Source of the DNA: Ginglymostoma cirratum
Taxonomy: Eukaryota
Direction of reading: 5' to 3'
Assembly: GCA_024137785.1 (NCBI GenBank)
Contig: JAHRHZ010000016.1
Location: 31,640,784-31,704,783 of the forward strand
DNA: 64,000 nt
Part shown: positions 27,610 to 41,340 of the stretch, piece after piece
Layout of the letters: each line of letters opens with the position of its first letter
Numbering within the stretch: position 1 is the stretch's first letter
Notes under the pieces: model-generated
Databases searched by the model: none
What the model was told of the DNA's origin: nothing
What the model saw: the letters and a program-made list of their open reading frames with translations, nothing else
Made by a program: the position numbers and the translations under genes

Positions 27610-29430
27610 AGGACATGAATATCGATGGCTGGGCTTTAGTTCCTTGCCAATCCATAATTACGCTTGAGAAAGTGGTTTGGGGCATATTTACGAACCACTG
27701 CAGTCCATGTGGTGTAGGTACATCCACAGAAAGGAATTCCAGGATATTGACTCACTGACATTGAAGGAATGCTGATATAACTTCAAGTCTGAATGGTGTC
27801 TAACTTAGAGAGGCCTTGAACATGCTGCTGGTCCCATGCAACTTCTGCTCTTGTGATACAAGGTGGTAGAGGTTGTGGATTTGTAAGATACTGTCAGTGG
27901 AGTGTAAGAATGAATTACTGAGTGTATTTTGTACATGATACACACACTGCTGTTACGGTGCGACTGTAGTGGAGACTATGAATGTTGAAAGTGGTGGATG
28001 GTGTGCCAACGAACTAGGCTGGATTTTGTCTGTCATTTTGAGTGTTAATGGTGCTATACTCATTCAGACAAGTGGAACCTATTCCATCGCACTCCTGATG
28101 TTGTGCTTTGTAAATGGTGTGCAAGCTTGAGCGTTGGGAGTTATGTCTGTTACCACTGAATTTCTACCCTTCAACTTGCTGTTGTGGCCACAATATTTAT
28201 ATGGCTAAACCTGTCAAGTGTTTGGTCACTGATTAACCTCTGGAACATGAATGACTATGGATTCAGCAATTATAATTACGTAAGCTATCTTCAGCCATAT
28301 TGTGTGGAGTGAATCAACTTATCTTAAAAACTGACATATGATACTGAGATGGGGCAACACTACGGACTTGTGGCTGAGGATAGTTACAAGTGCTTCAACA
28401 TTGCCTTTTACATTGATGTGCTGGTTCTCCCATCATTGAGGATGCAGTATTTTTGTGTCCGATATTCACAGCTGGATGAGACAGCTCCACAGAATATTGA
28501 TCTGATCTGTTGGTTTTAGGATTGGTTACCTCTGTCTGTCTTTTGCGTACTGCTTCTATTTTTCAACAGATAAATGTCACATGTTGTGGTTCACTGGGCT
28601 GGCACCTCTTTTTCAGGTATATCCTTTCTTGCTTCTGGTAAGTTCTCCGACACTCTTTATTCCGACAGGATTTAACCCCTGATTTGATAGTTGTGGTAGA
28701 GTGGAGAATATTCCAGACCATAAAGTTATAGATTGTAGTCGAGTACATTTCTGCTGCTGTTGATCTGTGGTGCTTCATTGGTGACTAGTTTTGAATTGTT
28801 ATATCCATTGCTAAATCTGCCTTATTTAGCACAGTGGTAGTACTGCAGAACGCGGTGAAGGATACGGATAATGTGAATATGGGACTTTGTCTCCACAAGG
28901 ACTGTGTGGTGGTCACTCCTACCAGTATGATTGTGGGAAAACACATCCGGGACAGGTAGATAAGTGAGGAAGAGGCCAAACTGGTTTTTCTCTCGTTGCT
29001 TCTTACAACATTTACCCCAGGTCCAGTCTAGCAGCTATGTCTTTTAGGATTTGGCCATCTCGGTCAATAGTGGTGCTACTGAGCTACCCTTGGAGATGGA
29101 CATTGAAGATGCTGAATGTGACTATATTCTGTGCCTTTGACATGCTTAGTTCTTTGCTTGTTCAATTATTGAACTACATGAAGGAGTACTGATTCATCAG
29201 ATGTGGGGGCAGCTGTGCATGTAATGAAGAGGAAGTATATTTTCCTGTGTTTGAAATGATGCTATGAAACTCCGTGAGATCAAGACCTGATGTTGAGCAC
29301 TCCCAGGGGAACTGTCTCCTGGCTGTATGCTACTGTGCTACCACCTCTGCTTGTTTTGTCTTGCTGGTGGGAAGGACATAACCTGGTGATGTTGGTGTCT
29401 GGGAGGTTGCCTATAAGATATGAATCAATA
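27610..29430 (-). mobile_element. Decayed family-B LINE with internal deletions, 3' end to endonuclease
   Basis: Homologous to 4010-4700 and 31550-33960; PDTNIT..QQDKTSRGGSTVAYS is endonuclease-like. Confidence 0.75.
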
Positions 29431-30044
29431 AAGACTGACTCAATCTGTGTTTGGATCTTTATTCTAGGACAGAAGTTGAAAAGCAAGTATCAGCCAGGTT
29501 GCATTCGTAAAACCATAGGGTGTAGGAACAGAAGTAGGCCATTCAATCCATTGAGTCTGTTCTGCCAGTCAATGAGCCTTAATTGTACTTAGCGACCCAG
29601 CCTTTACACCCCTCTGCAGTAGAAAATTCCATAGATTCACTGTCCTTTAAGAGAAGAAATTACTCCTCATCCTTGTCTTAAATGCACAAGACCCTACTTT
29701 GAGATTATACCTCCAGTCTAACACTCTCCCACAAGGAGAATTAACTTTTCTGCATCTACCCTGTCAAGTCCAGTAAGAATTTTGTACATTTCAGCAAGGT
29801 TGCCATTCATTTTTCTAAGCTGCAATGAATACAGACCCTTCCTGCTTAACCACTCCACACAATAAAGTTTCAATGTTTCTGGGATCAACCAGACTGCATC
29901 CAGTGCACGTGTATGTTCTTTCAATCAAAGTACATAACATCTCATTTTGATACATTGTCTTCCAGGATTTTGCCCACTCGTCTAACCTCTGTACAGACTG
30001 TTTGTGTCCCTGCTCAAGAGATTATGTATGTTAGGTAAGGAAAG

Positions 30045-30380
30045 ATCATAGAATGCCTGCAGTGCAGAAAGACACCTTTTGGCCCATCGAGTCTGCATCT
30101 ACCTGCCAAAGATCATCCCGCCCAAACCCAGTCCCTACTCTGATCCCATAACTCCGCATTTACCATGGCTAATCCACCTAGCCTGCACATCCCTAGTCAC
30201 TATGGACAATTTAGCATGGCCATTACACCTAAATGCACATCTTTGGACTGTGGGAGGAAACCACGATGCCCATCATAAACTAGGGGAGAATGTGCATCTC
30301 CACGTAGACAGTCCCAAGGCTAGACTTAAACCTTGGTCCCTGGTGCTGTGAGGCAGAAGTGCTAACCACTGTGCTGCCCA
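30045..30380 (-). mobile_element. Older HE1-like V-SINE, next to a CR1 3' fragment at about 29510-30010
   Basis: Reverse complement shows ggcagcacagtggttagcact, a V-domain and an internal duplication of the catggc..cacctaa block. Confidence 0.85.
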
Positions 30381-30939
30381 AATAGGAGGAGGATTTAACT
30401 CTGATGCTACCTTTTAGCTAACCGCCTGTTGAAAATGAATTTTGGTGTTTACCTGATCGCTGTGATCAACTTTTTATATCTGTTCAGTTTCCTTGCACTG
30501 TTTTTTGTCACCAGAAAGCTGTTTTTGATTTTGTTTTGCCCTAGGGAGAAATGGCACCCCTGTGGACTCCTCTGCTGTCTTCACTAGTCATAAGGAACTA
30601 CAGTAGCAGAGAGAGAGAATTTGTTTGGTTCCTAAACATTGCTAGTGATTCTTGATAAAAATTGTCCCCTTTCCTACATCAAGTAAGGATTACTTATGAT
30701 CTTTGCACATTGAAAGGCCTGTAGGTACTTACTGTCTTAAATCACATATGACAAGTTGCCATTTGAGTGAGCCACGGTTGAACACTTGGCGCCCATAAAA
30801 TCAAAACACAGAAACAAGTTTGGAGTTGCATGAAGAAACTAGGGAAGATTTCTGTCGGAGATATAAACTTAAGACAGTTGTGCAGAGAAAGACGTGAAGA
30901 TTTACTGTTGTGAATGACGGTTGGCTGCTTGTTTTACAG

Positions 30940-31086
30940 AGTATAGTTTTGTGTTGTCCAAGTGCATTGGTGTGGCATTACTCGTTGACTGATTGCAGAA
31001 ATAAGACTGGATCTCCCCTCGATCTTTTACCCATAGCGCCATCCAGTCTGCCCATGCCAGGAGGAAACTCTACATTTACCCAACAG
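30940..31086 (+). CDS. MED12: MED12 exon 8 equivalent, 147 nt, [49 protein letters not shown]
   Basis: ttacag acceptor, CAG|gtatat donor, phase 0-0. Confidence 0.95.
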
Positions 31087-31194
31087 GTATATGAGATTCT
31101 CTTGTATAAAAAATGTTGTCTAGGTTTCAGATGTTTTTCCACATTAGATGAGTTTAATAGATGTAGATTGTTATGAAACTTTTTTTTTAAACAG

Positions 31195-31294
31195 GTCCGA
31201 GCTAAAGTGCGGGAAATTGAGGATCAGATTAAAGAACGAGGTCAAGCTGTGGAGGTCAGGTGGTCGTTTGATAAATGTCAAGAAACTAATGCAG
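31195..31294 (+). CDS. MED12: MED12 exon 9 equivalent, 100 nt, [33 protein letters not shown]
   Basis: aaacag acceptor after a T-tract, CAG|gtaatg donor, phase 0-1; preceded by a 108-bp intron. Confidence 0.95.
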
Positions 31295-31549
31295 GTAATG
31301 GAAAATCTTAATATTAGGAATGTTTCTTCTTGCCAATTTTAGTTGGACTGACTCAAGAATTAAATTTTGCTTGTTGAATATTGAGTATAACCAGTACTGT
31401 AGCAATATAATTTGTAGAGATATGGAAATACTGTTAGGCCTAACTTTCTGATCGATCTCAACACTTATCGATGTGCCTTTTCAATGTATGTTTTAATACT
31501 TTCTTTCTCAAGAAATGCAATTATGTCTTACTTTAAAATATTAGTTGAG

Positions 31550-33970
31550 GGATGTTGATATCATTGATAGGTCAGACTTTATTACCCAACAATAATTGTC
31601 CTTGAAAAAGTGGTGGTGAGTTGCCTTCTTGAATTACTGCAGTCCTTAGGGTGTAGGGACTCTCGAAGTGCTTTTAGAAAGGGAATTACAGGACTTTCAA
31701 CCTGTGAAAATGGAGAAGCAGTGATGTAGTTCCAAGTCATGATATATATGGACTGGGGGTAAGTAGGTCATGGTATTCAGATACATCTAATGCTCCTTGT
31801 CCTTGTCGGTGTTAGAGGTTATGGTTTTGGAAAGTTCTGCTGGAGAAGACTTTGTAAGTTGATGCAGTGCACTTTGTAGATGTTACGTACTACTGCAACT
31901 ATATGATGGAAGAAAAGGGAATATTGAAGATGGGTGAGGTGTCAGTCAAGTGGGCTGCTTTGTCCTGCTGGTTTCAAGATTCACGAGTGTTTCTGCAAAT
32001 GAAGTCATCCAAGCAGGTGGATAGTATTCCATTACATTTGTGAATTGTGCCTTGAAGGTAGTGGACAGGCAGTGGGGAGAATGGAGGCAAGTTACTTACC
32101 ACAAAATTCCTAACCTCTGATCTGCTCTTTTAGCCACGATATTTACATGGCTGGTTGAGTTCAGCTTCTGTTGAATGATAAGCCCCAGGATTTGATTGTG
32201 GGAGATTTGAGCAATGGTAATGCCATTGAACGTCAAAAGGAAATAGATTCTGTCCTTGTTGAAGATGCCCATTGCCTGACTTATGGGGCAGAAATTTTAT
32301 TTGTTATTTATTGAGCCAAGCTTGACTGTCATCCAAGTTTTGCTACATGTGAACACTGGCTGCTTTAGTATCTGAGGTGTCACGCATGTTGCTTAACATT
32401 GTGCCAACATCAGCGAACATTCCTACTTCTGACTTAATGATGGAGTGAAGGTCATTGATGAAGCAGTTAAAGATGTTTGGGCTGGGGCACATCACTGAGG
32501 ACCACCTGCCTTGAGTTGGGGCTGAGAAGATCGAACTTCAGCAACTGTAATCATCTTCCTTTGTGCTAGCTATGATTCTGGTAAAGAGCATTCCCCTGAT
32601 ACCCGAATCTCCAGATTTGCTAGGTTCATTGAAGCTATACTCAGTCAAATGCTGCCTTGGTATCAAGGATAATCACTCTCCTCAAACTTAAAGTTCAGCT
32701 CTTTTATCTGTTTGCATCAAGGATATAGTGAGATCAGGAGCTGAATGGCTGTGGCAGAAACCAGATTGCACATCTGATGGCTGTTGCTGAATAAATGCTG
32801 TTTAATGGTACTATTGATGACTTTTCCATCACTTTGCTGATCGAGAGTAGTCTGAAAGCGTGGTGATTGGCTGGAGTTTTTGTGCCCAGGATCTACCTGA
32901 GCAATTTATGCCACTGTCAGGTAGATGTTGAAGCTGTGCTGGAACTTCTTTGCTAGGGTGTGGCTAGTTTTGGAGCATAGATCTTCACTAACATTGCTGG
33001 AATGTTGTCAGGATGCATAGCTCTTGCAATATCCAGTCCTTTCAGCTGTTACGTGACATCCAGAGTGAATTGAATTCGTTGAAGACAGGCATCTGTGATG
33101 CTGGGGACATGATGAGAACGCTATCGTGGATCGTCCTCATGGTATTTCTAATTGAAGTTGGTTACAAATGCTTCAGAGTTGACTTTTGCACTGTTGTGTT
33201 GGGCAATGCTGTTGTTGAGGAAGGGAATATTTGTCTATGTATGTCGACCACTATTCATGACTGGATTTGGTAGGACTGCAGAGCTTGCATCTGATCTGTT
33301 GTTTGTAGCATTGCTTAACCCTGTCTTTTGCATGCTGTTTCTCCTATTTGGCATGCAGCTAGTCCTGTGTTGTAGTCATAAGATTGACATCTCACTTTTA
33401 GGTATCTCTGATGATTCTCTAGCAAATCTTCCTAAACTCCTCCTCAAACCATGGTTGGCCTCCTTGGTTGGATAGTAATGGTGGAATAGGGGTCTTGCTG
33501 GGTCTTGAGTTTACAGATTGTGGTTGAGTACAGTTCTGCTGCTGCTGCTGATGGCCGACAGTGCTTCATGAATGCCCAGTTTTAAATGCTTCTGTTTGAA
33601 ATCCATTCCATTTTGGACAGTGGTTAAGCCAAGCAGCACCATGGACGATATGCCCGTCGTAAAGATGAGATTTCATCCTCCCAAGGAATGTGAATTAGTT
33701 ATCCTATAAGTACTAGTATAGAAAGATGCATGTTTGACACATTGATAAATTGAGGTGTATTAATGAGGACAAGGACAAGTAACTTCTCTTGTTGGTTCCC
33801 TCACCATCTGCTGCAGGCCAGAGCTAGCAGCTATGCTCTTCAGAACTCAACCAGCTTGTTAATAGTGGTGCTCCTGACCTGTTTTGGTGATTAAAGACCT
33901 CCAGAGTACATTCTGTTCCTTTGCCATCCTTGGTGCTTCTTCCAAGTGATGTTCCGCACGGAACTGTACC
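31550..33970 (-). mobile_element. Decayed family-B LINE, about 2.4 kb
   Basis: Collinear with 4010-5345 and 59090-61320. Confidence 0.8.
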
Positions 33971-33974
33971 GAAT

Positions 33975-36630
33975 CATGGGATTGTTATAGTGCAGAAAGC
34001 GGCCATTTGGTCCATTGAATCTGCACCAGCTCTCCATTACGTATTAGTAGCATTTTCCTGTATTTTTCCTGTAACCCTGCACATTGTTTCTATTTAAGTA
34101 ATCATTTAATGCTTTCTTGAATGCCTCAACTGACTCTGTCTCCGCACACTTCCAGGTGGTACTTTCCAGACTTCAGCGCTCATTGTCAGTAAAGTGTTTT
34201 TTTAAAGGACGTTTACTAATTCTTTGTGAGTGGAAAAATTTTTTCTCTTCTTTGCCCAGATTTGTGGATTTGAAAACTTCTACCAGATCTCTCCAAGGTT
34301 AATGGTTCCATCTTCTGCAATCTCTCCTCATAACTGAAGTCTCTTATCCCTGGGATAGTAGAAGCAGGAAAGCTGACGTTTCAGGTCGAGACCCTTCCTC
34401 AGAAGGGCCTGCTGTGTTCATCCAGCTCTACACCTTGTTACCTCTTATCCCTTGTACATTTTTGTGAATCTTCTGCACTCACTCCAATGCATTCATATCC
34501 CTGCTGCAGTATGGTACTCAGAACTGTACGGAATATCCCAGCTGATCTCGAACAACAATCTGAAGTTCACGATCTCCTTACTCTTGTACTTCATGCCATA
34601 TTAATCAAGCCCAGGATACTGTATGCTTTGTTAACTGCACTTTCAATCTGCCACCTCCGTGTTCAATGCACATTTTGCTTCTGCACCCCTTTTAAGCATT
34701 GTACTGCCCCTTTTTTTATTATCTCTCCATGTTCTTTCTACCAAAGTGCATCACTTCACCACTATCTGCATTGTACTTCATCTGTCTTCCATCTCATTCT
34801 AGCAACTTATCAGTGTCCTTTTGGAGTTCTACATCTTTTCTCTCAGTTTACAATGCTTCCAAGTTTTATGTCAACAAATCTATCATCAAGATTTGCAGCC
34901 TTGCAAACTTTGAAGTTGTTTCCTGCCCATCAATACCAACCCTTGGGAACTCCATTAAAAGCTTATCTCCCAGCTTGGAAAATACTGTCTTTTCCATCTT
35001 GCAGCCAATTTTGTATCTGTGTTGCTACAGTCCCTTTTGTTTCATGATCTGTAACTTCTCTCAAAAGTCTATTAAGTGGATTGAATGCATTTTGAAAGTC
35101 CATGCACACCACATCAACAACGTTAAACTCAGCGACTCTATCTGTTCAATAAACTTAACAACTGTAACAATGAATTCTGTCTTGAATAATCATTTCTAGA
35201 TGTTTCTGCACGACTGAAGTTTAGCTGATTGTTCTGCAGTTGCTGGGCTTAACCTTACAAACGTAGGTACCATGTCTCCAAATTCCTAGGAACCTTACTT
35301 CTCCCATAAATTTAGTGAGGACTGTGATTTTGGCCAGTGTCCCTGCAATTTCCACTCTTTCTTCAATATCCTTCGATACATCTCATCTGGTCCCAGTGCC
35401 TTGTCAACTTTAAGTACCAACAGTCTATGCAGCACTGATCAATTTTGAACCCTTCTTATGATGCAGGTTCCTCTTCTGTTATCATGGTCTGGGTCGCATC
35501 TACCCCTTGATAAAGGCAGAAGCAAAATTATAATTTAACAGTTCAGCGTTGCCACTTGCCTCCATGTCTAAATGGACTTTTTTGGTCCTGAGAGGCCCTA
35601 CTCCTTTCATCACTCCCTTACTATTGATGTGCCTGTAGAAGACTTTGAGATTTCATTTTATATCGATCGACTATCTTTTCTCATAATTCCTCTTTGCTTC
35701 TGTAATACGCTACCTCACCTTCCCTTTGAAGCTTCTATACTTTTGGTGTTCAGTTGTGTTTTTTACTTGACACCTGTGATAAACACTCATTTTCTTATCT
35801 AACTTAATTTCTATTTTTTTTCTTCTCATCCAGAGAGGTCTGAATTTCTTCCCTGTTTCCTTTTTTTGAGGGAATACAACTCTAGACTGTAGCCGTACCA
35901 TCTTCTCTTTGAAAGCAACCAGTTGTTCAGCTGCAATATCTATTGTGAACCTTTTTTTTCTAGTATTTTTGGCCCAGCACCTTTCTTAACCCATTGAAGG
36001 GAGCCCTGCCACTGCCGCCCCCCCCCCGCCCGCCCAAACCCATAATCATTCTTACTCTGGATTGCCTATTATTCTTTTTTATCATTGTCCTGAGCCTACT
36101 AGCCCTTGATCATCTTAGTCCACTTCATTTCCAAAAGTTAGGAATATATCCTTCCAAGTTGGATTGGATGAATATTGATGAAGGAAAGATGCCTGAACAC
36201 GGTTTAGGAAGATTTGCCCTCTGCTGCCCTTACCACTACCACTGTCCCAATTTTCATTCAGGTAGTTGAAGTCCACAATTATAACCACTCTATAGTTTCA
36301 GCACCTCTCGGCTATATCATTCCAAACGTGTATCTCTACATCCTCCCCACTAGTAAGTGGTTTATAGACTACACCGAGCAAACAACTGTAGACTTTTTTT
36401 TTCTCCTTGGCTCTGAAAGATTATTATGAACTTGAGCAGCTGGTGCATCACCTTTTTATCAGCACAAAAATGTTCTCCTGAACCAAAAACATCATAGCAC
36501 GGGAAGGAAATGAGGAGCAATCATTTCTGAATACTCTCTTCCCAAGAATATTTAACATCCAATTCTGTCCTTCCAAGCCTCTGTTCTCAGTTATTGCCAC
36601 AATGTCATATTTTAGCATGGCAATCCAAAA
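33975..36630 (-). mobile_element. Long decayed CR1 LINE ORF2 (3' end to endonuclease)
   Basis: ORF 36448..36816 contains YDIVAITE..QNWMLNILGKRVFRND (APE endonuclease); the body is collinear with 52521-55400. Confidence 0.75.
34352..34441. mobile_element. Penelope-like insertion with inverted structure, an 11-bp TSD and an intact minus-strand hammerhead core (34375-34402)
   Basis: TSD ctcttatccct at 34341-34351 and 34442-34452; rc CTGAGGA-A-GGGTCTCGACCT-GAAA-CG-TC. Confidence 0.85.
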
Positions 36631-36654
36631 TGGAAAAATTGATTTGTGAATAGC

Positions 36655-37000
36655 ACCCTCGGAGATTCCAGCACTACCTACTGATTCATGATTCATCTGC
36701 TGATGTGGAACTACAGGTGGTAATAGACAGGACATCTCCTTGCTCATGTTTGACCTGAAACCATGAGATTGTGGTTTGGAGTTGATGCTGAGGACGCTCT
36801 GGGGAAACTCCTTCACATTGTGCTGTCACCTCTGGTGAAGCTGTCCTGCCGATTGGACAGGACATATCCAAAGGTAGTGATGGTGGTGTCTGGGGCACGG
36901 TCATTCGCAAAAAAATCCTACCTGACAGAGACTGGCAGTCTCTTGCTTAATTGGTCTGTGGAATTGTTCCCACCAAGCTGCGACAAGGTTCTGTGTATAG
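36655..37000 (-). mobile_element. Family-B LINE endonuclease fragment
   Basis: Homologous to 29180-29410 (ggacaggacatatcc..gtgatggtggtgtctggg). Confidence 0.65.
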
Positions 37001-37104
37001 TGAATGGTATTGGCACGCTAATCATGGCATTGAATTCCAATTCCAGAAGCCGCTGCTCGAGCGGACCTCGGGTCTTTGCAAAGGTAAAAACAAAATGGAG
37101 GAAA

Positions 37105-37342
37105 TGCTGGTGATAACACAGTGTGGAGCTGGAGGTGCACGGCAGGCCGGGCAGCATCAGAGGAGCAGGAAAGTTGACATTTCGGGTTGGGACCCTTCTT
37201 CATAAGGTTTCTGATTTCTGAAGAAGGGTCCCGATCTGAAATGTCAACTTTCCTGCTCCTCTGATGCTGCCTAGCCTGCTGTGCCCCTCCAGCTCCACAC
37301 TGTTACCTCTGACTCCAGCATCGGCACTTCTTACTATCTCTG
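37105..37342. mobile_element. Penelope-like inverted terminal-repeat pair (about 90-bp arms) with hammerhead cores
   Basis: 37112-37202 is the reverse complement of 37219-37309; TSD atggaggaaa at 37095-37104 and 37343-37352. Confidence 0.88.
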
Positions 37343-37797
37343 ATGGAGGAAACACTGCTCCGAGGGGTGCCTTTTGCCATTTTGGTTCAAGCGCCCAGAT
37401 GTTAATAAGGAGCACTTTCCAGTGTCGACATGGAACTTGTCCTTGTGATTTCTGGCTCCTAGGTCAGCGTTAGGCGATCCACCTTTTTAAGATCCTATTT
37501 TTAGACATTGTGATGAGTTTTGCTACATTGATGGCTTTCTTGACAATTTCATAGGACATTTAAGAACTACCAACATTGCTGTGGATGTGGAGTAACAAGT
37601 AGGCCAGCCTGATCAAAAATGATTTTTTGTCTAGTGCTTCATTTCATATAGTACGGTGTGACTGAACAATGGTGGCTGTAAAGCCAAAAAAAAATCTGCT
37701 TTGGTTATACTTGACATAAATTAACCACGTGAAATATTGTTTCATTTTTGTAGAAAATAAGTTTTTAAGTCTCATGGCTCTGATCCCATTTGTGCAG

Positions 37798-37934
37798 GTT
37801 TTACTATTGGTCGCGTATTGCATACACTGGAAGTGCTTGACAGCCACAGTTTTGAAAAATCAGATTTTAATAACTCGTTGGATTCGTTGTACAACAGGAT
37901 ATTTGGATCCGGGCAGAATAAAGATGGCCATGAG
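37798..37934 (+). CDS. MED12: MED12 exon 10 equivalent, 137 nt, [46 protein letters not shown]
   Basis: gtgcag acceptor, GAG|gtgagt donor, phase 1-0. Confidence 0.95.
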
Positions 37935-39984
37935 GTGAGTTTCATGAATTTTCTAAAAGTATTTGATGCGTTGTTGCATTTAGGAAACATTGCAACCTGG
38001 TTTTTGAATGATTTCCTTTTGAAGATGGTATTTCCTTTTTCGGATCAAAATTCACCATTTCCAGCTGTCATTCCCGTCCCATGTGACTATTTTTCATGCA
38101 TGGAATTCGATACGAATTATTGGACCTTGAGGGGAACAATGATTGTAAGCATGTTTTGACAGGTGTCAGTGGATAGTTGGAACGCTGGCTGATTTGTCTA
38201 CCGTTTACCCTTGCCCAGAAGAGATTCAAAATGGAATTGTTTTAAAAATTAACAGTTAACATGTCAAATGCACCACATATTGAAGTTTTATTGTTCACTT
38301 TTGTCACTGTGGTGGTTTCACTAGTTATCAATGAATAGTTTTGTTTAAAACTGAGAAAAGTGGGATGAGTTAAGTTACTTCTGCAGAGAGTCAGCACACA
38401 GTACCCGATGATTTCTCTCTTTGCTGTAACCATTCTGTGGTTCTGTGATTTATTCACAAAAATTTGAAGACAAAGCAACTGTAGAAGCTTGTTATTCTGT
38501 TAATATCAGATTAGATACTCACCTTCATCATGATTATCTGAGATTGCAATTTAGCCCAGAGTTTGATGAAATGAAAGTCTCACGTACTGCTTCATGTCAT
38601 AACAACTCGCCTGAAATTAATTTTGGTTTTCCATATGAAGTTCAAAATGGGCATGGACCAGCAGGACAAACAATCCTCTTCTGAGTAACGGGTTTATACC
38701 TGCTGTATAAAAAAAATTCAGATGCTGACAGATTTGTCAATTTTCTTCCTCTCTTAGATTTCCAATGTTTGTGATATCTTCAATTTCTTCTACTCCTCTA
38801 ATATATTGGCCTTCATTCAGAAAAAAGATAGAATTGTGTTGGCAATTTCACTATGTGGTACAACAGAACAGTAGAAGTGTGTTTTCACATTCAGGCCTCT
38901 GATTATTGAGGCCGGGAAGAGTAAACCTTACTTTGTATCAACCCAGCCATAGCTAACCTGTGAATATTTTAATGTTGACACTGGTTGCTCAAAATAGAAA
39001 ATATTTAGGCATTCATTTTTTGAAGAGGATGGAAATTCACAGCTGATGTAAATGTTTATGGTTTGATACTTTCAATGCATTTTTGGTTTGCTTTGAAAAA
39101 TCTTTAGGTCCTGTTTTATTGTACCATTCAAATGCAATTCTCTTTGAGATCAGATATCTTTCTGTGATGATGTGGTCACTAAATATTGTTACATTTCCAA
39201 AAAAAATGTGATTTTGTTTTCGTGATCTTGTGATGTCATTTGACAATGCTCACTGCTATGTTGAAAGTTGATGTTGACATAATATTGAACTTGTGGCTCT
39301 TCTTTCACAAATCACTGCTGAGCTCTTCTGTCTTGATTTGTGGATGTTGTGTTTTTTAACGTTTACTAGCTACTTGACTTGTGTTACCTGGTACTTCCAA
39401 TTAAGCTGTGTATCACTCCCTTTACGAACTTGAGAGGAATTCTGATCACAAGATTGAATTGGAATGTTGATTCCTCCTTTTGAAGGTACAAATACTTGCC
39501 AAGATTCTCTGTATGCAGTGTCATGATTAGCAGACTATATTAACCAATGGAGAGTGCTTCTGTATTTTACTTATATACTTGATCCATTATGTACATACAC
39601 ACCTGGAGCCAGTGTATTTGTAGACCACCACACATCCCAGTGCTGCTCAGACAGGTCCTTATATTTCTGCTGTGATCTTGGATTGAACTTTGAAATTTAT
39701 GATGTGGTATGACACAGCGTAATCTTATGCATTTACTCATGTAGTCATCGAACAAAGTTTTCTAGCATTTATTTTAAATTTTAAAACTATTTGCACATTT
39801 CAGACAATGTGGCCTTGCACATGTGCTGTGGCTTCTAATTCCTTAAATTCATATTTGTGATTTTACTACTTTTTTTGGTTTTCCAAGTTGGTGAAGAGAA
39901 ATCAGATCATACTTCGAGGCATTTTGTGCTTCCCGGCAGTTAGTTGTCCAGTTGATGCTAAATTTATTCTTTTCCCCTGTCCAG

Positions 39985-40116
39985 ATATTACCAGATGATG
40001 ATGCAGTTATGACTTTGCTGTGTGAATGGGCAGTGAGCTACAAGCGTTCAGGCAGGCACCGAGCCATGGTGGTGGCAAAGCTGCTGGAGAAGAGGCAAGC
40101 TGAAATTGAAGCCGAG
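39985..40116 (+). CDS. MED12: MED12 exon 11 equivalent, 132 nt, [44 protein letters not shown]
   Basis: gtccag acceptor, GAG|gtaaga donor. Contains the diagnostic LCEWAV motif. Confidence 0.97.
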
Positions 40117-41238
40117 GTAAGATACTTTGTTACTGAGTCAAGTAGATCAAATTTCAGTCACGGGTTGTTTAAGGGTTAGGATTGTTGAATCTCAAAATTT
40201 AGGTTGGCTGTGGAATAGAGCAAGAAAAAATTCGTAGTAGAAATAGTTAACTAGATCCCAGTAGGATAAGAATGGATTTGGGCCACATTTGCAACACTGT
40301 AACTGAACGATGAACTGCTTTAAAAGAGCAGATCATATTAACACAGCTGAGGTATAATTCAAGGACAGGATAGGCCAATTTAATGCCAACCTCTCCGGGT
40401 GATGAAAGAGATGAGTTAAAGATGAACAAGAAATTATGTGCTTAATACCATTGTCAGGAGGATAATACAACTAAAAACTAGACTGGATATATAAGTTTTA
40501 GAGGAGAAGTAATAAAGCAAATAAGAAAAATCAAATATGAAAATAGATGGGCAGCAATCATGAGAGGGAGTCCTAAAGTCTCATATTGTCATAGAAATAG
40601 TGGAAGTGGTAAACAGAGGACGGGGACCAATGAAGAATCAATAAAATAGATTTATGCATGTCAACTGTAAATGAATACGTTGCATCCCTCTTTACCAAGA
40701 AGGACGATGATGTGCAGGTCACGGTGGAAGAGGAGGTCATTCGAACATTGAGAGTTTAAAATTGATGAGGTTTTTGATAGACTATCTGGGCTTAAATCTG
40801 GTAAGGCATCACCAAATGTGATGCATTTGAGGGAAGTGAATGTGGACATTGAAGAGGCGCTGGCCAAAATTTTAGTCTCCCCTAGTCCCAGGGTGATGCC
40901 AGAGATCTGGAAAATTGCAAATATAACACGCTTATTCAGAGAAGGACGTAATTATACAGGTTATTCAATTTAACCTCCATGATGGAGAATTTTCTAGAAA
41001 CCCTAATTTGAGATAAAATTAATGCTTTGGTGAATGCAGGCCGATTATGGAAAGCTAACTTGGAATGCTAACCTAGCTGGAACATTTTGAGGTAACAGAA
41101 GGTTGATTACGGTAATGTTGCTGATGTGGTAGAACATCCAAAAGGACTTCTGAAAGGCGTTTAATACAGTCCCACAAAATTGACTTGTGAGCATTGCTGT
41201 AACTGAATAAAAAAAGACAGGAGCAACGTGGATATGAA

Positions 41239-41340
41239 TTCATTTTCTGATGAAGGGTCTAGGCCCGAAACGTCAAGTTTTCCTGCTCCTATGATGCTGC
41301 TTGGCTTGCTGTGTTCATCCAGCCCCACGCCTTGTTATCT
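41239..41340 (+). mobile_element. Penelope-like insertion with a 10-bp TSD, nested in CR1
   Basis: TSD tggatatgaa at 41229-41238 and 41341-41350; the host CR1 reads through when the insert is removed. Confidence 0.9.
41247..41274 (+). ncRNA. Minimal type I hammerhead ribozyme motif (PLE-type) with intact core
   Basis: CTGATGA-A-GGGTC-TA-GGCCC-GAAA-CG-TC; palindromic ACGT in place of helix III; helix I only about 3 bp (TTT/AAG). Activity not shown. Confidence 0.7.

Noticed and set aside
34487-35199. 186-aa and 166-aa + strand ORFs as novel genes
   Set aside because: They are antisense read-throughs of a decayed CR1, with no recognisable domain or splice support.
39991-39994. Alternative acceptor ccag 10 nt into exon 11
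   Set aside because: It would shift the frame; no support.
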